Positions 29,313-41,291 of a stretch of 64,000 nt of DNA are shown here, piece after piece. This stretch comes from Candidatus Phosphoribacter hodrii. Its GTDB lineage: Bacteria; Actinomycetota; Actinomycetes; Actinomycetales; Dermatophilaceae. The notes beneath the pieces are model-generated. The model was not told the DNA's origin, made no database searches, and was given only the letters and a program-made list of their open reading frames with translations. Within the stretch, counting starts at the first letter, position 1; each line of letters opens with the position of its first letter. The position numbers and the translations under genes were made by a program. The DNA is taken from contig JADJIB010000001.1 of assembly GCA_016707175.1 (NCBI GenBank), positions 718,791 through 782,790 of the forward strand, written 5' to 3'.

Positions 29313-30733
29313 CCGAACCGCTCCTTCGCGGGCTTCTCGACCCGACCCGCGCCGACGCTCTCGTGCAGGTGGCGGACACGACCCTCTCGTATGCCGCGCT
29401 GCTCACCTCCGCCACGGCCGTCGCCGAGGCGATGGCTCGGGAGTCGTTGTCCCGCATAGCTATTGACGCCACACCGACGATGGACACGGTCATCAGCGTG
29501 GTCGGTGCCATCTTGGCCGGGGTCGAGGTCGTTCCCATTCCGGCCGATGCCGGGCCCGGCGAGCGAGCCCACATCCTGAACGACTCGGGGGCCGACCTCT
29601 GGCCCGCGACGGCTCCGAATGGGGGCGCGACGGAGGGTGCGGCCGAGCGCGCGGCGGAGAGCGGGAGGGCGGCATACCGGCTGCCGGAAGTCTCCCCCGA
29701 CGCAGGCGCGTTCGTCCTCTACACGTCAGGGACGACGGGGCTGCCCAAGGGCGTGCGACTGTCTCGTCGAGCGGTGGCCGCGGGGCTCGACGCGCTCGCC
29801 GACGCGTGGGCCTGGACCGCCGATGACGTTCTCGCGCACGGGCTTCCGTTGTTCCACGTCCACGGGCTCGTGCTGGGGGTGCTCGGCCCACTGCGGATCG
29901 GGGGCGGGTTGCGGCACGTGGGCCGACCGACCCCCAGCGCGTATGCCGCCGCCGCCCACGCCGGCGCGACGATGTTCTTCGCCGTGCCGACGATCTGGTC
30001 CCGGGTCGTCGCCGAGCCGGAGAGCGCCCGCGCACTGCGCTCGGCTCGGCTGCTCGTGTCGGGCTCGGCGGCGCTGCCGGTCCCGGTGTTCGAGGGCCTG
30101 CGGGAGTTGACCGGGCACGAGGTGTGCGAGCGCTACGGCATGACCGAGACGCTGATCACCGTGGCGACCCGGGCCGACGGGGTGCGGCGAGCCGGGTGTG
30201 TCGGGGTGCCGGTGGCCGGGGTGAAGACCCGCGTGGTCGACGACGACGGGGCGCCGGTGCCGGCCGACGGGACGAGCCTCGGCGAGCTACAGGTCTGTGG
30301 CCCAACGCTGTTCGACGGCTACCTCGGGCTGCCGGAGGCGACGGCCGCGGCGTTCACCGCGGACGGGTGGTTCCGCACCGGCGACGTCGCGACGATCGCT
30401 GCCGACGGCACCCACCGGATCGTCGGGCGGGCGTCGGTCGACCTCATCAAGTCCGGCGGCTATCGCATCGGAGCGGGCGAGATCGAGAGCGTCCTCCTCG
30501 GTCATCCCGCCGTCGCCGAGTGCGCCGTGATCGGGGTGCCGGACGACGACCTGGGGCAGCGGATCGTCGCGGTCGTCGTGCCCGCAGGCCCGGCGCCCGA
30601 TGAGTTGGCGACCGAACTCATCGACCTCGTCGTCGCACAGTTGTCGGTGCACAAGCGCCCGCGTGAGGTCCGTTTCGTCGCCGCCCTCCCCCGCAACGAG
30701 ATGGGCAAGGTCCAGAAGACCCGGCTCACCTGA
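29309..30733 (+). CDS. AMP-dependent synthetase/ligase (acyl-CoA synthetase family)
   Basis: ATGA overlap at 29309. LYTSGTTGLPKGV, YGMTET, GWFRTGD, PRNEMGKVQK. Confidence 0.85.
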   Translation: MTEPLLRGLLDPTRADALVQVADTTLSYAALLTSATAVAEAMARESLSRIAIDATPTMDTVISVVGAILAGVEVVPIPADAGPGERAHILNDSGADLWPATAPNGGATEGAAERAAESGRAAYRLPEVSPDAGAFVLYTSGTTGLPKGVRLSRRAVAAGLDALADAWAWTADDVLAHGLPLFHVHGLVLGVLGPLRIGGGLRHVGRPTPSAYAAAAHAGATMFFAVPTIWSRVVAEPESARALRSARLLVSGSAALPVPVFEGLRELTGHEVCERYGMTETLITVATRADGVRRAGCVGVPVAGVKTRVVDDDGAPVPADGTSLGELQVCGPTLFDGYLGLPEATAAAFTADGWFRTGDVATIAADGTHRIVGRASVDLIKSGGYRIGAGEIESVLLGHPAVAECAVIGVPDDDLGQRIVAVVVPAGPAPDELATELIDLVVAQLSVHKRPREVRFVAALPRNEMGKVQKTRLT

Positions 30734-30737
30734 GGAC

Positions 30738-31581
<844 letters not shown>

Positions 31582-31681
31582 ACAGCCTGATCCGTGCGGT
31601 GTACCTTCGAATGGAAGGGACATGGCTCGCCGCGTCGTCGATGACGTTGGCTGCCCGTGCGTGTTGATTGGAGGATCGATC

Positions 31682-32257
31682 GTGAGTTCCCAGGCACCGT
31701 CTCCCACTCCTTTCGGTGGCCTCATTCGTAAGTCGTGGCAGGTCCTGCTCGTGCTGAGCATCGTCGAGATCGTTCTCGGCATCGTCGTCATGACCTGGCC
31801 CGGGGCGACCCTGCGCATCGTCGGCGTCTTCTTCGGGATCTTCCTCGTCGTCAGCGGGATCTCCGAGTGCGTCGTCGGCCTCTCGACCCCGCTCATGTCG
31901 GGGAGCTTCCGCCTCCTCAACGTCATCGCCGGCGTCCTCTCGTTCATCCTGGGCATCCTCTGCTTCCGGGATGGGCTCGGCAGCCTGGCCGTGCTCGGCG
32001 TCTGGGTCGGTGCCGGCTGGTTGATGACGGGCTTCTCGCGCCTCTTCACGTTCGGCAGCCTCGAGAGCATGCCCGGCCGCAACTGGGCGATCGCCGGCGC
32101 CGTCGTCACGATCCTCGCGGGCATTGCGGCGATCGTCTACCCGATCTCGTCCGTCGTGACCCTCGCGCTGCTCGGTGGTATCGCCCTGCTCGTCGTGGGA
32201 ATCGTCGGGCTCGTCCACGCCATCCAGTGGAAGAGCACGGTTAACGCCATCCGCTGA
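31682..32257 (+). CDS. HdeD/DUF308 family membrane protein
   Basis: GTG at 31682 behind GGAGGA. SWQVLLVLSIVEIVLGIVVMTWPGATL...GFSRLF. Six TM segments. Confidence 0.75.
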   Translation: MSSQAPSPTPFGGLIRKSWQVLLVLSIVEIVLGIVVMTWPGATLRIVGVFFGIFLVVSGISECVVGLSTPLMSGSFRLLNVIAGVLSFILGILCFRDGLGSLAVLGVWVGAGWLMTGFSRLFTFGSLESMPGRNWAIAGAVVTILAGIAAIVYPISSVVTLALLGGIALLVVGIVGLVHAIQWKSTVNAIR

Positions 32258-32278
32258 CCGTCTGATCCCTGCCTCGGC

Positions 32279-34003
32279 TCAGCGGCCGGGCGGCGCTCCT
32301 GGGGGTGCCCCACCGCCGAAGTTGGGGCCCGGCACCAGGACCGCACCGCCCGTGAGGCCACCCGCCCCACCCAACCCTCCGCCGAAGCCGCCGAACCCAC
32401 CGTTGGTCGGCAACGGCGCAGACGCATCGCCGATGACGACGGTGTCGCCAAGGGACAGACCCGAGAGGATCTGGACCCTTCCGCCACCCACCGCACCGAT
32501 CTGCACCCGGGTCGCCGTGACGACGCCGCCCTTGAGCAGCCCGACCGACCCGACCCCGGTCGACACCCCCGTGACTGCCGACGCGGGCACGGTGAGGACG
32601 CCGTCCACTTTGGTCGTGACGACGGCGACGGATGCCTTGCCGCCCGTGCCGACCGCATCGGGGGCGTTGGGGACAAGGACGTCAACGGCATACGTCGAGG
32701 CTGACGAGCCCGTCGTGCTGGTGGGCAGCAACGCGACCTGCGAGACGGTGCCGTCCATCAGCGGAATGCCGGTGACCGTGACGCGCGCGGCCTGCCCGAC
32801 GGCGATCGCCGCGAGGTTGGCGGCAGGCACCTGGATGGTCACCTTCGCGGCACCGGATCCGACGATCTGTATGCCGTTCGCGGCCGTCGCGGTGTCGCCC
32901 ACGGCCCATGCAATCGAACCCACCCGCCCGGCCATCGGGGCCGTGAGTGTGGCGGCCGCGAGGTTGGCCTGGGCTTTCACCAGGGCGGCCTCGGCGTTGG
33001 TGACGTTGGCTCGGTCGGTGATGAGCTTGGCCTCGGACACGGTCCCGCTTGAGCTACGAACGGCGGCGGCGGCCTGTTGGGCCGCAGCGGCAGCCGCCTT
33101 GGCCTGGGCGGCCGCCTGGGCCTGGGCCGCAGCCTGGGCGGCGGCTTGCGCAGCCGCTTGGGCGGCGGCTTGGGCCGCGGCGGCACTGAGAGAACCGGCA
33201 TACGAGGTGAGTGCGACGCCGGCCGCCTGCTGAGCCGCGGTCACCGCGCTGAGCGCACCCAGGCAGTCAGCAATCTCCTGCGCCGTCGGGGGCGAGGTCG
33301 TCGTGGTCGAGGTGACGGTCGAGGTCGCCGTCTGCGTGGACGTGGCGGTCGAGGTCGCGCGGTGCTCGTCGGAGTGGCCGTCGCGACGGGCGACGGGCAA
33401 CACCGGGGCGCAGGCGGTCTTGGCCAACGCCTGGGCAGCGGCCACGGCGGCCAGCGCGCTGGTCGTCTGGTTCTGGCCACCGCCACCGCCACCGCCGCCT
33501 GCGCTGGTCGACGGGCTCGAGGAGGCGCTTGTGCGGCTGCTGCTTGACGTCGGGCTGCTGGAGCTCGTGCCGGACGACGAGGCGGACGAGCTCGACGAGC
33601 TCGACGACGCCGTCGTGGTGTCGTTGGCCAGCGTGGCTTTGGCCTGGTCAAGGGTGGACTTGGCATCGAGGACGGCCTGGTTGAGCGGGCCCGTGTCCAG
33701 CGTCGCGAGCGCCTGGCCGGCCGTGACGACGTCACCGACGGCGACCGACACGCCCGTCACGGTGCCAGCGACCGGGAAATGCGCCGTCATCTGGCTGACC
33801 CGGGTCACCGATCCGGTGAGGGTCAGAGTCTGCTCGATCGATCCAGTGGTGACCTGACCGGTGCGCAACGCGGCCGTCTCCGACCCCGCGCTGACGCCGT
33901 TGGCGACATAGGTGCCGCCGACGGCCACGAGCAAGATCGCCCCACCGACACCGACCATCGGCAGCCAGCGTCTCCGCTTGATCCGAAGGACCCGTTCAGC
34001 CAT
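32279..34003 (-). CDS. HlyD/MacA-type periplasmic adaptor with long low-complexity inserts (poly-Ser, (AAAQ)n)
   Basis: N-terminal TM segment. Lipoyl-like VAGTVTGVSVAVGDVVTAGQALATLD and LTAPMAGRVGSI. Gly-rich tail. Confidence 0.75.
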   Translation of the reverse strand: MAERVLRIKRRRWLPMVGVGGAILLVAVGGTYVANGVSAGSETAALRTGQVTTGSIEQTLTLTGSVTRVSQMTAHFPVAGTVTGVSVAVGDVVTAGQALATLDTGPLNQAVLDAKSTLDQAKATLANDTTTASSSSSSSSASSSGTSSSSPTSSSSRTSASSSPSTSAGGGGGGGGQNQTTSALAAVAAAQALAKTACAPVLPVARRDGHSDEHRATSTATSTQTATSTVTSTTTTSPPTAQEIADCLGALSAVTAAQQAAGVALTSYAGSLSAAAAQAAAQAAAQAAAQAAAQAQAAAQAKAAAAAAQQAAAAVRSSSGTVSEAKLITDRANVTNAEAALVKAQANLAAATLTAPMAGRVGSIAWAVGDTATAANGIQIVGSGAAKVTIQVPAANLAAIAVGQAARVTVTGIPLMDGTVSQVALLPTSTTGSSASTYAVDVLVPNAPDAVGTGGKASVAVVTTKVDGVLTVPASAVTGVSTGVGSVGLLKGGVVTATRVQIGAVGGGRVQILSGLSLGDTVVIGDASAPLPTNGGFGGFGGGLGGAGGLTGGAVLVPGPNFGGGAPPGAPPGR

Positions 34004-34980
34004 TGGTGGCCGCCGAGGTCGGGGGCCACGCCACCGGGACCGCCGCCACCGGGGCCGCCGCCGCCCGGGAACCCCGCGCCGGGGGCACCCGGCCCGCCGA
34101 ACCCACCGGTGCTAGTGCACGCGCCGTTGACGGCATCCCGCAGGACGATCGAGGTGGCCGTCACCTTGCCGATGTCGTCGGTGGGTCCGATCGCGGTCGC
34201 GCACAGCCCCACCGCGATATCGCCGGCTGCGGCGACCTTCGTGGTCGTCACCGTCGTCGATGCGGACGTTGTCACCGTGACGGGCGTGGTCTGGGCCGGC
34301 GCCGCCGACGCCGTCCCCGGGCCGCCGTCACCGACGCGAGTCAGGCTCGCCACGGTGAAGGTCCCCGAGCCGACCTGGGTGACCAGGCCAACGACCCCGA
34401 ACCCACCCGGAACTCGGCCACCGGGGCCCCCCGGTGCCCCGTCGGTCGCTCCGGGCGGCAGCTGGTCGATACCGGGCTGGCCGGTCGGCATACCGGAGGG
34501 AATCCCCCCGCCACCTCGGATGCCGCCGCCAAACACGTCGGCGCAGGCGCCGTTCACGGCCGCGGACACCTGCACAGAAGTGGCGGTGACGCCGCCGCCC
34601 GCGTCGGGCGCGCTGCCGTCGCTTGAGGCGCTGCGAACGACGACGCACGAACCAGCGACGATGTCCGCGAGGGTGCCCGCGGCAGTTCGGGCGACGCTCG
34701 TCGTTGCCGTCCAACCGACGGCGGTTTGCTTGGTGCTCGACTGGACCTGCATGGTCGTCCCATCGACGGCAGCGATGAGTCCGGACACCCCGGGGATCCG
34801 TTGACCCCCGCCGGGGCCGGGCCCTGCCGTGCGGGTCGCGGTCGCCACGGCCGGGGTCGTGGTGGGCGTTGACGCCCCAGCGCCACAGGCCGTCAAAGCG
34901 AAACCCGCCACAGCGACGGACGCGAGCACAGCGGCGCCTCGAGCGAACCGGAGAAGGGGGGTGCGCGGCATACGGGACAT
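33996..34980 (-). CDS. Secreted lipoprotein with two repeated beta-rich modules and a Gly/Pro tail; 3' end uncertain
   Basis: MSRMPRTPLLRFARGAAVLASVAVAGFALTAC lipobox. As assembled, the ORF runs on to 33823, 180 nt into the next gene. One indel in the G/C-rich tail would end it at TGA 33996-33998. Confidence 0.5.
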
Positions 34981-34987
34981 GGGGTTC

Positions 34988-36213
<1,226 letters not shown>

Positions 36214-36217
<4 letters not shown>

Positions 36218-36972
36218 CGACGTGCTCCTGTCGGCTCATCCAGGCTGCCGTCGCGCATGACGACCATCCGATCGGCGGCCTCGGCGACATCGTGTTCGTG
36301 GGTGATGAGGACGATCGTGCGACCCTGCTGGTTGAGCTCGGCGAAAAGTTCGAGCATCTCGGCGGTGGACGTGGAGTCGAGGTTGCCGGTGGGCTCGTCG
36401 GCGAGGATCAAGTCAGGCTCGGTCACCAGGGCGCGAGCCACCGACACCCGCTGCTGCTGCCCGCCGGAGAGTTCACCCGGCCGGTGGTCGACCCGGTCGG
36501 CCAGGCCGACCCGGGTCAACGCATCGATGGCCCGCCGGCGCCGCTCGGCACGCGACACCCCGGCATAGATGAGGGGCAGCTCGACGTTGCGCCAGGCCGA
36601 CATCGTCGGGAGCAGGTTGAACTGCTGGAAGACGAAGCCGATCCGCTGGTTGCGCACGACGGCGAGGTCGCTCTCGCCCATCCCGGCGACGTCGACCCCG
36701 GCCAGCCAGTAACTTCCGGACGTCGGCACGTCGAGGCACCCAATGATGTGCATGAGGGTCGACTTGCCGGACCCGGAGGGGCCCATGATCGCGACGTAGT
36801 CGCCGTGGTTCACGACGAGGTCGACGTTCCGGACCGCGGCCACGTCCAGGGAACCCGAGGTGTAGGTCTTGCTGACGCCGCGCAGCTCCAACAGGGCGCC
36901 GTCGGTCAACGGTCGCTCAACGGCGACGGCGTCTCCGGCGAGATCGGTCGCCCACGGAGTCTCGGCGGTCAC
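36214..36972 (-). CDS. ABC transporter ATP-binding protein (MacB-type)
   Basis: GTGA overlap with the upstream adaptor gene. [39 protein letters not shown]. Confidence 0.9.
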
Positions 36973-38180
36973 GGCACTGCCCCAGGCGGCGGCGCGGGCA
37001 GATCGCCCTGCCCACCGGGAGGGAAGCCGACGCCACCAAGTCCTCCGGTCCCACCCGATCCGCGAGTGCGGGTGCTGGTGCTCTGCCCGCCCGAGCCGGA
37101 CCCCGGCCCCGAGAAGCCGGTGACGACGACCTGGTCGCCCTCGGCGATCCCACTGGTCACCTGGGTGAAGCTGCCCTGAACCAGGCCCACTTGCACGGGC
37201 GTGGTCACGGCGGCCCCGTCGACGAGCTTGCTGACGACAGTCTTGCCGCCCTCGGTGCGGATGGCCGCCGTCGGCACGGTGATCGCGTCCGCGACCTCCT
37301 TGACGATGATGGCCACGCTCGCCGACGACCCGGCATACAAGCCCTTGGGAGAGCCGGTGACCGCGATGGTGACCGGGAAGGTCGCGACCCCGCTGGTGGA
37401 GGTCGCGATGACCCCGATCGTCGAGACCGTGCCGAAGACGAGCGTCCGCGAGCCGGACGGCGTGATCTGGGCCTGCATTCCCTGCTTGAGCAGCGGCAGG
37501 TCGGCGGAGGTCACCGAGGTCGACACGATCCAGGCGTCGGTGGTGATGACGACGATCGCCGCGCTGGCGGCGCCCGATGACCCGGAGCCGGACGAGCCGG
37601 TGCCGCCTGAGGACGTGCCGCCGGCACTCACCTGGTCGCCGACGGCGATGTTGACGGTAGCGACCGTGCCCGCGACCGGGCTGGTGAGCCTGGCGTTGGT
37701 GAGGTTGGTCTGGGCGGTGGTCAATTTCGCTTGGGCGGCGGCGAGCTGGGACTTCGCGGCGTTGAGCTGGCTGGTCGTCGTGGCGCTGCTGGCCTTGACC
37801 GTCGTGAGGTTGGCCTGCGCCGAGGAGACGTTGGCCTCGGCCAGGTCGAGGGCAGTCTGCAGATCGGTGGTGGTGATCGCGGCGACCTGCTGGCCCGCGG
37901 TCACCGCATCGCCGACCTTGACGTCGACCGCCGCCACCGTGCCGGACGAGCCGAACCGCAGGTTGGACTGGACCTTGGGGTTGATCGTCCCGGTCGCGCT
38001 CACCGACTGGCTGAGGGTCTGCACCGATGCTGCCACCGCCGAGGTCGGCACGGCTGAGGCGGCGGACGCGGTCGAGCGCGAACGCACCCACCAGGTCGCG
38101 CCGGCGGCCAGGAGAACTGCGAGGACAACGATGCCGGTCAGGGCCTTGCGGCCTCGCAACCTGGACGTGAGCTGGGCCAT
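36969..38180 (-). CDS. HlyD/MacA-type periplasmic adaptor
   Basis: TM anchor. SGTVAAVDVKVGDAVTAGQQVAAI, coiled coil, LTSPVAGTVATVNIAVGDQV. Confidence 0.8.
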   Translation of the reverse strand: MAQLTSRLRGRKALTGIVVLAVLLAAGATWWVRSRSTASAASAVPTSAVAASVQTLSQSVSATGTINPKVQSNLRFGSSGTVAAVDVKVGDAVTAGQQVAAITTTDLQTALDLAEANVSSAQANLTTVKASSATTTSQLNAAKSQLAAAQAKLTTAQTNLTNARLTSPVAGTVATVNIAVGDQVSAGGTSSGGTGSSGSGSSGAASAAIVVITTDAWIVSTSVTSADLPLLKQGMQAQITPSGSRTLVFGTVSTIGVIATSTSGVATFPVTIAVTGSPKGLYAGSSASVAIIVKEVADAITVPTAAIRTEGGKTVVSKLVDGAAVTTPVQVGLVQGSFTQVTSGIAEGDQVVVTGFSGPGSGSGGQSTSTRTRGSGGTGGLGGVGFPPGGQGDLPAPPPGAVP

Positions 38181-38332
38181 GGCACCTTCCCGGTTGCGCT
38201 ACGGCCAGCATGCTACTGGCGTGGTTCGCGACTCCGGCTCAATCCACCACAGGAACCTTGGACCCAACCGAGCGAAACCTGTGTGTCACCTGTGCGTTTC
38301 GTGCCGCGCGGCTGTGCGCGAGAATCGCCGTC

Positions 38333-38470
38333 ATGGACGCGACGCTGTGGGACGACCGGTATGCCGCTTCCGACCTCGTGTGGTCGGCGGAACCCAACGC
38401 CACGGTCGCCACCCTGACCGCCGACCTCCCCGCCCGCGCCTTGGACGTCGCCGCCCGCCGGTCGGCCTGA
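38333..38470 (+). pseudogene. N-terminal remnant (45 aa) of a SAM-dependent methyltransferase
   Basis: MDATLWDDRYAASDLVWSAEPNATVATLTADLPARALDVAA then stops. This matches the start of TehB/Methyltransf_25-type proteins, but the SAM-binding motif and the rest are absent. Confidence 0.5.
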
Positions 38471-38471
38471 G

Positions 38472-39173
38472 GTGTCGGCCGTGACCGTCCCCCTCGGTTG
38501 GGAACCGATCCGCGGGGTGATCTTCGACTACCACAGCACCCTCGCGCACGGCGGTGACCCGGCCACCTGGCTGGGGAGCGCATGGGCGGCCACCGACCGG
38601 CCCGGAACGCCCGAGGTCGCCTTCGGGCAGACCGGGTATGCCGCCCTCCTGGACTTCCTCGACCACATCTGGGAGCACGCGGGCCGGGTCGACCCCGACA
38701 ACGGCCGAGATCGCGACCCCGTCCGCCACCGGGAGGTCTTCGACGAGGTCGTGGCCCTGCGCCCAGAGGTGGACGCCGACCTGGCCGACGCCCTCTATGC
38801 CTCGATGCTCGACCAATGGCAGGCCTATCCGGACGCGGCGCCGACGCTGGCGCAGCTGCGCGGACGCGGCATACGCACGGCGATCCTGTCCAACATGGGA
38901 GTGGACCTGCACCCGGTGCTGGCCCGCCAGGGTCTGGCCCCCCTGCTCGACGCGGTCGTCCTCTCGTGGGAGTGCGGCGCGGTCAAGCCGGAGGCGGAGG
39001 CGTTCCACGCGGCGCTGCGTGCGCTGGAGCTGGCGCCGGCCCAGGTCCTCATGGTCGGGGACAACTCGCTCGACGACGCCGGGGCGGCCGCCATTGGGAT
39101 CCGCACCCTGCTCCTGCCGCGCACCATGGGCGCTGGCGCACGGGGTCTGGGCATCGTCACCCGCCTGGTCTGA
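38472..39173 (+). CDS. HAD-superfamily hydrolase-like protein (motif I atypical: FDYHSTL)
   Basis: IRGVIFDYHSTL, ILSNMG, GAVKPEAEAF, MVGDNSLDDAGAAAIG. Confidence 0.75.
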   Translation: MSAVTVPLGWEPIRGVIFDYHSTLAHGGDPATWLGSAWAATDRPGTPEVAFGQTGYAALLDFLDHIWEHAGRVDPDNGRDRDPVRHREVFDEVVALRPEVDADLADALYASMLDQWQAYPDAAPTLAQLRGRGIRTAILSNMGVDLHPVLARQGLAPLLDAVVLSWECGAVKPEAEAFHAALRALELAPAQVLMVGDNSLDDAGAAAIGIRTLLLPRTMGAGARGLGIVTRLV

Positions 39174-39249
39174 GAGCCCTCCAAAAAAGTTTTTGGAAAT
39201 CTCTCGAAACGTCTGTCATGACCATGGGGGGTCACCGTCCTACATCCGA

Positions 39250-39412
39250 CTCGAAGAACTGAGGCCCGGGGGGATCTCAGAGGCGGGAGCGGGTCAGCGG
39301 TTCGCCCTTCCGGAGGGTTCGGAGGGGACCAGCCGGAAGGGCGAACCGCAGTACCACACACGTGGTGGGTGGGCCAGAAGGGAGAGCTGGCCCATCCACC
39401 ATGACCAGCGCA
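39250..39412 (-). ncRNA. Candidate 6C-like small RNA (three hairpins with C-rich loops on the minus strand)
   Basis: 17-bp perfect stem 39297-39313/39333-39349, minus-strand loop CUGGUCCCCUCCGAACCCU. 14-bp stem 39364-39377/39387-39400, loop CUCUCCCUU. Hairpin 39259-39280, loop with CCCCCC. No credible ORF. Lies next to a HAD-type phosphatase gene. Confidence 0.4.
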
Positions 39413-39510
39413 CCGGATGCAGCCCACATCTGGAGGGCTAGTCAATGCATGGCGGGTGGGGCGGCGGGGGATTGCCGTCCCACCCGCTCTGCATTTCTGG
39501 CAGCACGCGA

Positions 39511-40345
39511 TCAGCGGCGCCGGGGCGGCCGCGGCAGGAAGCTACTGGTCCGCGCGATGTAGTCGGCGTAACCCGGTCGGGCACCCATCGCCTTCTCGAG
39601 CAGCTTCGCTCCAGACACCCGCACGAGCAACACGGTCATGAGCACGGGTGAGAGCACGGTGAGCACGCCCGGCCAGTGCCCGGCGGCCACGAGCCACAGG
39701 CCCCAGCTGACCATGGCGTCGCCGAAGTAGTTGGGGTGGCGGGTCCACGCCCACAGCCCCCGGTCCATGACTCGGCCACGATTGGCCGGATCGGCCTTGA
39801 ACCTGCGCAACTGCGCATCGCCGACCGCCTCGAACGCGAACCCGACGATCCACACGGCCACCCCCAGCCAGCCGAGCACCCCAGCCCGCCGAGCCACCCG
39901 GTCCCGCCCCGCCGGTGCCGTCGCCGCCGGTGACGCTCGCGCTCACCTGGACGGGCAACCCCACGAACCACGCAATGGCGCCCTGCGGGACGAAGACGCG
40001 CAGCACGGCATACCGATGAAGGTCCCCGCCCGGAGCGTCGGCGAGGAGCGCGACGTAGCGGGGGTCCTCGGGGGCGCCGTGTCCGCGCCGGCCGATGTGC
40101 CAGGCCAGCCGCGCCCCCCAGATGGTGACGAGGACGGCGAGGAGCACGCGGCGGGCGAGGTCTCCGGTCCCGAGCGCGAGCGCCACCCACGAGATGGTGA
40201 CGAAGGCCAGGCCCCACGTGACGTCGACGATGCTCACTTTGCCCACGCGACGGGCGAGGTATGCCGTGCCGACCATGAGCGCCGCGACTGCCAGGGCCGA
40301 GGCAAGGGCGACGAGGACGAAGTTCACGGCCGCGAATCCGGTCAT
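39511..40345 (-). CDS. DUF1295 / steroid 5-alpha-reductase-like membrane protein; apparent frameshift near 39895-39905
   Basis: N-terminal half from ORF 39542..40972 (MTGFAAVNFVLVALA...). C-terminal half is ORF 39511..39897 (FEAVGDAQLRRFKADPANRGRVMDRGLWAWTRHPNYFGD). Confidence 0.7.
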
Positions 40346-41166
40346 CCGCCGGGCTTCCCGCGGCGCTCGACTGCGGCCATCCGCGCGCCCGGAACGGTCA
40401 TGGCCCGGCGATAAAGGGGTGTCGCCAGGCGCTTGGTCCAGTAGCCGACCCGCCCGTCGGCATCGGTGAGGATGAGGTAACGGCCGGCGTCGACTCCGCG
40501 CAGGATGCGTGCGGCGACGACCTCGGGGGTGCGCTTGGCGCGGCTGAGGTAGCGCTCCTTGCCCTCCTCGGCCAGCGTGTCGGCACCCTGGAGCGAGACC
40601 GCGAGGTTGGTCCGCAGGAACGACGGACAGACCACGGACACCTGTATGCCGTGCGGCCCCAACTCGTGCAGCAGCGTCTCGGACAGGGCGACAACCCCGG
40701 CCTTGGTCGCGTTGTAGGCACTCATCGCGGGGGCTTGGGTGAGCCCGGCGAGCGAGGCGATGTTGACGATCGTGCCGGACTGCTGCCGCTTGAGCATCGG
40801 GGTAAAGGTCCGGCAGCCCCGCACGACGCCGAGCAGGTTGACCGCGACGGTGGCCTCCCACTCGGACATCTCGGCGACCTCGATCCGCCCGCCGGCCGCG
40901 ATGCCGGCGTTGTTGACCAAGAGGTCCAGACCGCCCCAATCGCGCTCGATCGCCTCGCATGCGGCCGCCCAATCGGCGTCGGAGCGGACGTCGAGTTGCC
41001 GATAGGTGACGCCGGCCGGGAGCACGCCCTCGGGTGCTGCGTCGGCGAGATCGGCGGCCATGACCTGGTCGCCCCGGGCGGCGAGGGCTCGGACGAGGGC
41101 CAGCCCGAGGCCTGAGACTCCGCCCGTGACGAGCGCGCGACGCGGCGGGCGGGGGGTGGGCGGCAT
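40342..41166 (-). CDS. SDR family oxidoreductase
   Basis: Start MPPTPRPP at 41166 behind AGGAGG. TGGVSGLGLA, NNAG, YNATKAG. Confidence 0.85.
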   Translation of the reverse strand: MPPTPRPPRRALVTGGVSGLGLALVRALAARGDQVMAADLADAAPEGVLPAGVTYRQLDVRSDADWAAACEAIERDWGGLDLLVNNAGIAAGGRIEVAEMSEWEATVAVNLLGVVRGCRTFTPMLKRQQSGTIVNIASLAGLTQAPAMSAYNATKAGVVALSETLLHELGPHGIQVSVVCPSFLRTNLAVSLQGADTLAEEGKERYLSRAKRTPEVVAARILRGVDAGRYLILTDADGRVGYWTKRLATPLYRRAMTVPGARMAAVERRGKPGG

Positions 41167-41291
41167 ACCGGGACCTCCTGGGGTGCTGCGGACGTGCGGG
41201 GTCGGCGCGAGCGGAAGTGGTGTGAGGCGTGTGCGTGGGGGTGCGCGTGGGCGTGGTGTGAGGTCGAACCTACCGGCGCTACGGTGGCTCG

